DNA of 20,000 nucleotides from an uncultured virus (IMG/VR IMGVR_UViG_3300009157_000020) (taxonomy: Duplodnaviria > Heunggongvirae > Uroviricota > Caudoviricetes): the IMG/VR virus record IMGVR_UViG_3300009157_000020; one strand, given 5' to 3'. The position numbers and the translations under genes were made by a program. Position 1 is the stretch's first letter. Each line of letters starts with the position of its first letter. Shown here one piece after another: positions 14,965-20,000 of this stretch. Below the pieces are notes generated by a model that was not told the DNA's origin, did not search any database, and worked only from the letters and a program-made list of their open reading frames with translations.

Positions 14965-15282
14965 ATGTCGCGGCGCCTGCGGAACCCGAGTCCAACCACG
15001 ATCGCTCTGCTGCTTCTTGCAGCAGGTGGCGTCGGCTACTGGTACTTCACCCGGGAAGCCAAGGCGAAGGGGCCGACGAAGCCCGCATCGACAGAGCAGT
15101 TGTACCGCGGTTGGAAAATCACCGTGGAACCGGACTACGACGTGAATGTTCGTCCGTGGCATTGGTTGGCACGCCCTCCGGAAGGTTCCGATCCGGAACT
15201 CGTCGTCATCGAGGGCAACGCTGACTCGGTCTCGGAAGCCGTCGACAACGCCAAAGCAGAGATCGATCGATGGGAAAGCTGA
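14965..15282 (+). CDS. Signal-anchored membrane protein, 105 aa
   Basis: RRLRNPSPTTIALLLLAAGGVGYWYFTREAKAK then a YRGW...W...EG...EA...AKAEID domain. Confidence 0.85.
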   Translation: MSRRLRNPSPTTIALLLLAAGGVGYWYFTREAKAKGPTKPASTEQLYRGWKITVEPDYDVNVRPWHWLARPPEGSDPELVVIEGNADSVSEAVDNAKAEIDRWES

Positions 15283-15397
15283 GGAGCAACAAGTCATGAC
15301 GCGCGAAGCACTGTTTCGACGTTTTCAAAATCCGAGCCCCGGAGCCATCGCTGCTCTTCTGCTGGTCGCGGGCGGAGTCGGCTACTGGTACTTCACC
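15031..15397 (+). repeat. Duplicated anchor-coding segment; 21-bp identical core at 15031-15051 and 15377-15397
   Basis: GTCGGCTACTGGTACTTCACC in both genes, within ~90 bp of looser similarity. Confidence 0.85.
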
Positions 15398-16099
15398 AAG
15401 GACGCCAAGGCCAAGGAGAAGGGCAAGAAGCTCCCGAGCAGCACCCCTGTTCCTGGAACGGTGCAGTTGTTGCCGAAGATCCCGGGCTATCGCCCGGACC
15501 CGCCGTTCGTCTTGTTGGCGTATCGAGACAACGCCGAGGGACAAGCCGCGCTCAAGGATTTCCAAGACGTCGGCAAGAGCGTCAAGGTCCCGCTCTACGC
15601 GACGACATACGCGACGTACGAAACGGAACTCGGAGATCTTCCTGGAAATTCCCTCCTGGTCGCTCAGCGCATGAACGGATCGTGGTTAGAGACGCTCGAA
15701 GGCGAAGACCAAGCTGAGTACATCGATACGACACCCGAGCAGACGCGCGTGGTGATGGACTGGGCCATCAGCGACAGTTACCTGCCGATCGTCGGCGCCA
15801 TCTGGAAAGGCGACGCCGACGCTCTGTGGAAGCCGATCGCGATGCCGCCGTTGCCGATCGACTTGGAGGTCGGAACGATCTACAGGTTCCCCGTTCCCAC
15901 GACGAGACCGGTGGACATCTACGTCACGAGCTCGAACGACAACGCGGTCGGCGTGTTGCTGCTGCAGGACGACGAGGACATGTGGACCGTTCAAGTGATT
16001 CCCAAGAAGCAGAAGCCGGGGGTCATCCTCACGTTGAACGATTCGGACGGGGACTGGAAGCGGCAGATCCTCGTGCACCCCCAGGAGAGCAGTTCGTGA
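15296..16099 (+). CDS. Signal-anchored membrane protein, 267 aa, possible C-terminal Ig-like domain
   Basis: GAGGAG RBS; FQNPSPGAIAALLLVAGGVGYWYFTKDAKAK; C-terminal IDLEVG...VTSSNDNAVGV...VILTLNDSDG...ILV beta pattern. Confidence 0.85.
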   Translation: MTREALFRRFQNPSPGAIAALLLVAGGVGYWYFTKDAKAKEKGKKLPSSTPVPGTVQLLPKIPGYRPDPPFVLLAYRDNAEGQAALKDFQDVGKSVKVPLYATTYATYETELGDLPGNSLLVAQRMNGSWLETLEGEDQAEYIDTTPEQTRVVMDWAISDSYLPIVGAIWKGDADALWKPIAMPPLPIDLEVGTIYRFPVPTTRPVDIYVTSSNDNAVGVLLLQDDEDMWTVQVIPKKQKPGVILTLNDSDGDWKRQILVHPQESSS

Positions 16100-16311
16100 A
16101 GTCGGAGATCGTCACCTGGTTCAGCAACGAAGGTCCGTGCTACCAAGCGCGATGGAAGGACCGCGATGGTCTCGGTCGAGAGGTGTATCGCGAGGGACCG
16201 ATGCGAAGCTCGTTCACGGAAGCTGAGCGCGATGTGCCGCAACCGTCGTGGACGTTCGAGGTCATGTCGCTCGATGCTCAACGACGACATCCGGGGTACG
16301 ACGAGCCGTGA
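16096..16311 (+). CDS. Small hypothetical protein, 71 aa
   Basis: AGGAG RBS; GTGA overlaps on both sides. Confidence 0.7.
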   Translation: MKSEIVTWFSNEGPCYQARWKDRDGLGREVYREGPMRSSFTEAERDVPQPSWTFEVMSLDAQRRHPGYDEP

Positions 16312-16841
16312 ACCGTGACGAGCAGATCTCTGAATACCGCATGCTCCTCGTCGCCGAACGCAACGACGAGACGAAGCAGCGGACGATCGAGCTCATGCGC
16401 AGCTTCGGTGTGCATGCACGGACGTTCGAGGACGAGCTCGTGCACAACGCGGTCACCTGCGAAGACGACTTGCATCGCGACGTCGTCAGCCTCGTCGTCT
16501 CGCACTGCATCGACGATATTGTGGAGGACCCGAGCTTCGCCGAGGTCCTGCGCTTCGTTGCCGGTGCGCTCTTCGAGGACGACAAGCAGCGGCTCTACAT
16601 GGTCGAGGGCTTCATCGCTGAACAACTCGGGCAGATGGTGCTCGCCATCGAGAAGTTCAAGGCGTCGCTCAAGCTGACGCAGCCCGACGAGCCCGTCTAC
16701 CTGACGCACGTGTTCACGCTCTACTGCGCGTACCTCGACACCGAACAGCCAACCGAAGCCGAAGCTCTTGTGGCGTCGTTGCCCGAGCCACAGCAGTCAC
16801 AGTTTCGCGCAGAGGTTTGCGATGCTTCTGTGGATCGTTGA
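16308..16841 (+). CDS. Helical-repeat (TPR-like) protein, 177 aa
   Basis: LYMVEGFIAEQLGQMVLAIEKFKASLKL and LYCAYLDTEQPTEAEALV match TPR periodicity. Confidence 0.75.
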   Translation: MNRDEQISEYRMLLVAERNDETKQRTIELMRSFGVHARTFEDELVHNAVTCEDDLHRDVVSLVVSHCIDDIVEDPSFAEVLRFVAGALFEDDKQRLYMVEGFIAEQLGQMVLAIEKFKASLKLTQPDEPVYLTHVFTLYCAYLDTEQPTEAEALVASLPEPQQSQFRAEVCDASVDR

Positions 16842-16919
16842 ACAAACCAACCTCGGGCCCGGAGTCTTCGGGGTGTGGCTGGTGTTCACCTTGTGCTGTA
16901 TCGTCGATCGGAGGCAACG

Positions 16920-17354
16920 GTGAAGAAATCTCGAAAACCCTCGACTGCTGCGATCCTCGGTGCCGCTGTCATAGCGGGCGCTGGTCTCTGGTACCTCACG
17001 ATTACAGACGTAATCAAGTGGAAGAAGAAGCCTGCGAAGACCAGTACGACTGTCGTGCCGCAGCCGATCGCTGTCGACATCGAAGCGGCGATGCCGAAGC
17101 CGGAGTACGTGCCGGGAGGTTGGCAGGTCTACGACTCCGGTAGTCGCACGCATATCACCAACGCAGGCGCGTGGAAGATCGAGTGGCGATTGTTGCTCTT
17201 GCCAGCACCGATCGAGTGTCCGGATGGGCTGTGTCCCTGGATAGTCGTGTGGGCAACCTCGACAGGTGCCAGAGACTGGGCCGGTGTCGTGACGGAAGCA
17301 GAAGCGCGTGCGAGGATCGAGGAAGCGATCCAGTACCCGGAGACCACGGCATGA
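16920..17354 (+). CDS. Signal-anchored membrane protein, 144 aa
   Basis: GGAGG RBS before GTG 16920; KKSRKPSTAAILGAAVIAGAGLWYLTI...KWKKKPAK. Confidence 0.8.
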   Translation: MKKSRKPSTAAILGAAVIAGAGLWYLTITDVIKWKKKPAKTSTTVVPQPIAVDIEAAMPKPEYVPGGWQVYDSGSRTHITNAGAWKIEWRLLLLPAPIECPDGLCPWIVVWATSTGARDWAGVVTEAEARARIEEAIQYPETTA

Positions 17355-17881
17355 GCCTCGACAAGATCGTTGCTGACCTCGAAACCACGATCTGGTCGAT
17401 CGTGCATCGCACGTTCATGCACGTGTGCAGTCTTGGGGAAGCGGAGCGGTCGATCTGCAACCTTCTCGATGTTCGAGCACAACTTCTCGAACAACATGAA
17501 CGTCCCAACGTTCGGAAGTGGGAAGCTGAGAACTACCCGGAAGTGCCGGGTCCGGTTCGATGCATCGCCGAGGCCGTCAAGGTCCGTCATCCCGTGCACG
17601 AGCGCGAGTACTACTTCAAGGTCGAGATGACGCGCATGCTCGGCGAGCTCGAAGGGATGACGCCGCCCGAAAAGCTGCAGGCCATACTCGATGCGGGACC
17701 GCCGACCGTGTTGAGTCCCGATCCAAGTCCCGAGCGCTTCGATCGCGCTCGGTACTGGCGCGAGGTCGCCGACTTCGCCGAGATGGTGTCGGCTTTTCCG
17801 GACGACATCTACGCGTGCGCGCAGTTCATCGAAGAGACCGGTCTTGGCTGGGAAGAGTTCGCTCGGAGGGAACGAGAGTGA
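17351..17881 (+). CDS. Hypothetical protein, 176 aa
   Basis: GGAG RBS, ATGA overlap, typical codon usage. Confidence 0.75.
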   Translation: MSLDKIVADLETTIWSIVHRTFMHVCSLGEAERSICNLLDVRAQLLEQHERPNVRKWEAENYPEVPGPVRCIAEAVKVRHPVHEREYYFKVEMTRMLGELEGMTPPEKLQAILDAGPPTVLSPDPSPERFDRARYWREVADFAEMVSAFPDDIYACAQFIEETGLGWEEFARRERE

Positions 17882-18549
17882 AGGACACCACCTTGTGGTG
17901 GGTTCTCGGTGGTCTTGCTGCTGGTGCGCTGCTGCTCGTTCGACGGCGACGCAAGGCGGCAACATCGAGCAGAGGTTGTCCTCCGCTTCGTGACGGAACA
18001 TTTGCTGGCTTCCGCTATCACGTTGTGCCGGGTGCATCGACACCGATCGTCTTCTTGCACGGCCGCGGCGGCACCGAGAAGGCGTTCGCGCAGAAAGTCG
18101 GTTTGCCCGGCATCTACGTGCGAGGACCGGTGTCGATCGGACGCGGTGCTGCGTGGACGCAAGTCGAGTTCGCTGATGTAGACTTCGCGGCGCAGCTCGA
18201 TGCAGCTGTGGAACGAATCGTTCCGTTTCTCTCGGCGATCCAGCGTTGCTACGGCACGCCGATTCTCGCAGGGCATTCGCAAGGCGGTGCTGTGGTGCTC
18301 GCACTCGTGGCGAAACATCCCGAGCTCCTGAGTGGAGCTGTCGTTGCATCCACGGGCATTCCGCGATCGATGTGGCAGAAGTTCACGGTCCCGGTTATCG
18401 TCGTTGCTGGAACTGAGGACGAGATCGTGCCCTACAACGGTGTTCTCGACATGGTCGACACGACAGGTGCCGAGCTCTACTCGGTTGCAGGAGCGAGACA
18501 CGAGCTCACGGGAACGTTGCTCGACGAGTTCAAGAGGGCGTTGACATGA
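17878..18549 (+). CDS. Membrane-anchored alpha/beta hydrolase (phospholipase/carboxylesterase type), 223 aa
   Basis: N-terminal LWWVLGGLAAGALLLVRRRRK; oxyanion LHGRGG, nucleophile GHSQGG, acid GTEDEIVP, catalytic His in ARHEL. Confidence 0.9.
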   Translation: MKDTTLWWVLGGLAAGALLLVRRRRKAATSSRGCPPLRDGTFAGFRYHVVPGASTPIVFLHGRGGTEKAFAQKVGLPGIYVRGPVSIGRGAAWTQVEFADVDFAAQLDAAVERIVPFLSAIQRCYGTPILAGHSQGGAVVLALVAKHPELLSGAVVASTGIPRSMWQKFTVPVIVVAGTEDEIVPYNGVLDMVDTTGAELYSVAGARHELTGTLLDEFKRALT

Positions 18550-18932
18550 ATGCGTACGATGTGAGTGCGCTTGCGCTTGCAGCCGCAGGTATCTACGACT
18601 TGACTCGGGGACACAAGAAATGGGGTTGGGGTGCGATCGGACTTGCGGCTGTTGCCGTCTACTTGAGCGGAGAACAGAAAAGAAAACTCGAACGCGAGAC
18701 AGCGGTGCCACCGTCTCTGCAGAGTGGCAGCCAACCCGAAGTCGAGTTTGAGGAGATCGGTCGCGAGCAGTACCGCGGCTTCACACTCGTATACTTCGGT
18801 CGCGGCTACATCGTTTGGGAAGTCCGTGACGAGAGCGGAACGGTCTCGGAAGGTGTGGGCGAGGATGTAGAAGACGCGAAGACGCAAGCGCATCAAGCGG
18901 TTGACGACCTGCTAGGGGATGTTGATGCCTGA
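18546..18932 (+). CDS. Membrane protein with two short N-terminal hydrophobic segments, 128 aa
   Basis: SALALAAAGIY and WGWGAIGLAAVAVYL; C-terminal YRGF...W...EG...DA...AHQAVD domain resembling the 14965 protein. Confidence 0.8.
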   Translation: MNAYDVSALALAAAGIYDLTRGHKKWGWGAIGLAAVAVYLSGEQKRKLERETAVPPSLQSGSQPEVEFEEIGREQYRGFTLVYFGRGYIVWEVRDESGTVSEGVGEDVEDAKTQAHQAVDDLLGDVDA

Positions 18933-19566
18933 TCGTGAGCCCAACCCATCCACCGCCTTCTGGCTCAGCATCGGCATCGCGATCGCAGCCGGATTGGCCG
19001 TGGTTGGCTGGGCTCTGCGGGCGAAGGCAAAGCCATTGCCGAGGGCGAAGGCGTTGCCGCCCAACCAAGCTGTGAAAGCGGCCGTCGACCAGCTCGGTGT
19101 CGATGCTCATCCGTACGCGCTCACGGACTTCGCGTACGCGCTCGCGTATCCGGAGTGCCCAACGGTGCCGGACGAGGATGATCCCGAACACGATCGCTGC
19201 AGGGGCCTGTGGATCGAGATGTCCATGCTCGTGCGCGACACGTTGGGCATCGACCCTGACGCCGAGGTCGAACCCCCGCCTGCGTCCAGTGGCATCGCGC
19301 AAGGCGTGCTCGACTTCATCGCTTCGCTCAACGAGTACCAGCGCACGGAAATCCGTCGCATCGTCGGAGCGCTGCGCTACGACGGCCTGATCGCTGCAGC
19401 CGAAAGCGGTAGCGATGCTGCTGTGCAGGCGCAGATGATGATGCTCCGCAAGGACGCCGAGAAGCTGATGAAGGACAGCCCGCTTCAGGCGGCTCAGATG
19501 GCGTTCAAGTTGCAGTCGGTTCTTGGAGATGCGAAGGTCGAAGAGTTCCTGGAGTTGGCGAAATGA
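18925..19566 (+). CDS. Signal-anchored membrane protein, 213 aa (ATG 18925; alternative 18919)
   Basis: AGGGG RBS; EPNPSTAFWLSIGIAIAAGLAVVGWALRAKAKP; helical remainder with YPECP...C..LW. Confidence 0.8.
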   Translation: MPDREPNPSTAFWLSIGIAIAAGLAVVGWALRAKAKPLPRAKALPPNQAVKAAVDQLGVDAHPYALTDFAYALAYPECPTVPDEDDPEHDRCRGLWIEMSMLVRDTLGIDPDAEVEPPPASSGIAQGVLDFIASLNEYQRTEIRRIVGALRYDGLIAAAESGSDAAVQAQMMMLRKDAEKLMKDSPLQAAQMAFKLQSVLGDAKVEEFLELAK

Positions 19567-20000
19567 GACACACCATCAAAGTCCAGTTCGACGTCGAGAT
19601 CGTCGACAACAAGATCGAGGTCATCAAAGACACGCAGGTCGTCAAGCTCGTCGAGCACAAGCATCGCTCCGACGTCTACGAGTTGCTGCTCAAGACTCCG
19701 CACCCGCGCAAGATGTACGTCGAGTGTCAGGGCGATCTCGCTGGTGCCACGGTGTTGGAGTGCGCGCCTTCGGACGGCAAGCCGATCGACATCGCAGCCA
19801 TCAGCAGCAAGAACAAGGCCTTCGAGACGACTGTGCAGTCGATCACTCGTTTCAGATCGAGAAACCTCTTGTCCAGTGGACCCGTCGATCCGGCGTTCTG
19901 GAATACACCCGATCCCTTCATGTCGTTCGATCTCGGGATGTGTACCAAGCAAGAACCGATCGAGATCATCTTCGAGACGTTCGGGAAACCTGAGGTTGCA
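19563..20000 (+). CDS. Beta-rich hypothetical protein, partial (>146 aa, runs off window; absent from ORF track)
   Basis: ATGA overlap at 19563; open to the window end: MRHTIKVQFDVEIVDNKIEVIK...GPVDPAFWNTPDPFMSFDLGMCTKQEPIEIIFETFGKPEVA. Confidence 0.75.
   Translation, partial: MRHTIKVQFDVEIVDNKIEVIKDTQVVKLVEHKHRSDVYELLLKTPHPRKMYVECQGDLAGATVLECAPSDGKPIDIAAISSKNKAFETTVQSITRFRSRNLLSSGPVDPAFWNTPDPFMSFDLGMCTKQEPIEIIFETFGKPEVA

Larger units (their letters stand above)
1..20000. mobile_element. Segment of a dsDNA virus/provirus genome (replication module, small early-type ORFs, membrane-protein cluster)
   Basis: Primase-helicase fusion, intein-bearing SF1 helicase, SLOG/DUF2493-like and ImmA-like genes, ~35 small ORFs of unknown function with 4-bp start/stop overlaps; no cellular housekeeping genes. 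No boundaries or integrase visible. Confidence 0.85.

Noticed and set aside
15031..15397. Template/variable repeat pair of a diversity-generating retroelement
   Set aside because: Differences are not adenine-specific, both copies are N-terminal coding segments, and no reverse transcriptase is in the window.
19523..19993. 156-aa track ORF
   Set aside because: Arg-rich off-frame translation; the frame starting at ATG 19563 is coupled to the upstream stop and has normal codon usage.

Overview
This 20 kb, GC-rich window (about 60% by eye) reads as part of a dsDNA virus or provirus genome. No housekeeping genes, RNA genes, CRISPR arrays, integrase, terminase, portal or tail genes are recognisable. 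The left part (1-6.9 kb) is a replication module: an AEP primase-polymerase/PriCT/SF3-helicase fusion, converging on a minus-strand three-gene block headed by a UvrD/Rep-type SF1 helicase. The helicase carries a 286-aa intein whose insert looks GIY-YIG-like rather than LAGLIDADG. An AT-rich divergent control region and a tandem winged-helix protein follow. From 7.7 to 14.9 kb there is a tightly coupled (GTGA/ATGA overlap) array of small, often Cys-rich ORFs, including a SLOG/YspA (DUF2493-like) protein and a minimal ImmA/IrrE-like HExxH peptidase. From 14.9 to 20 kb there is a cluster of N-terminally membrane-anchored proteins with shared, shuffled modules, including an anchored alpha/beta hydrolase. 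The most notable unannotated structure is a recurring ~29-bp element, TAGATC-N17(conserved spacer)-TAGAA(A/C). Its TAG can double as the stop codon of the upstream gene, it sits just before leaderless start codons, and it is paired with a GAAA-N3-TTTC palindrome. Two distant beta-rich paralogues that may be jelly-roll proteins, together with the anchored-protein cluster, suggest (inference only) a tailless, membrane-containing virus.
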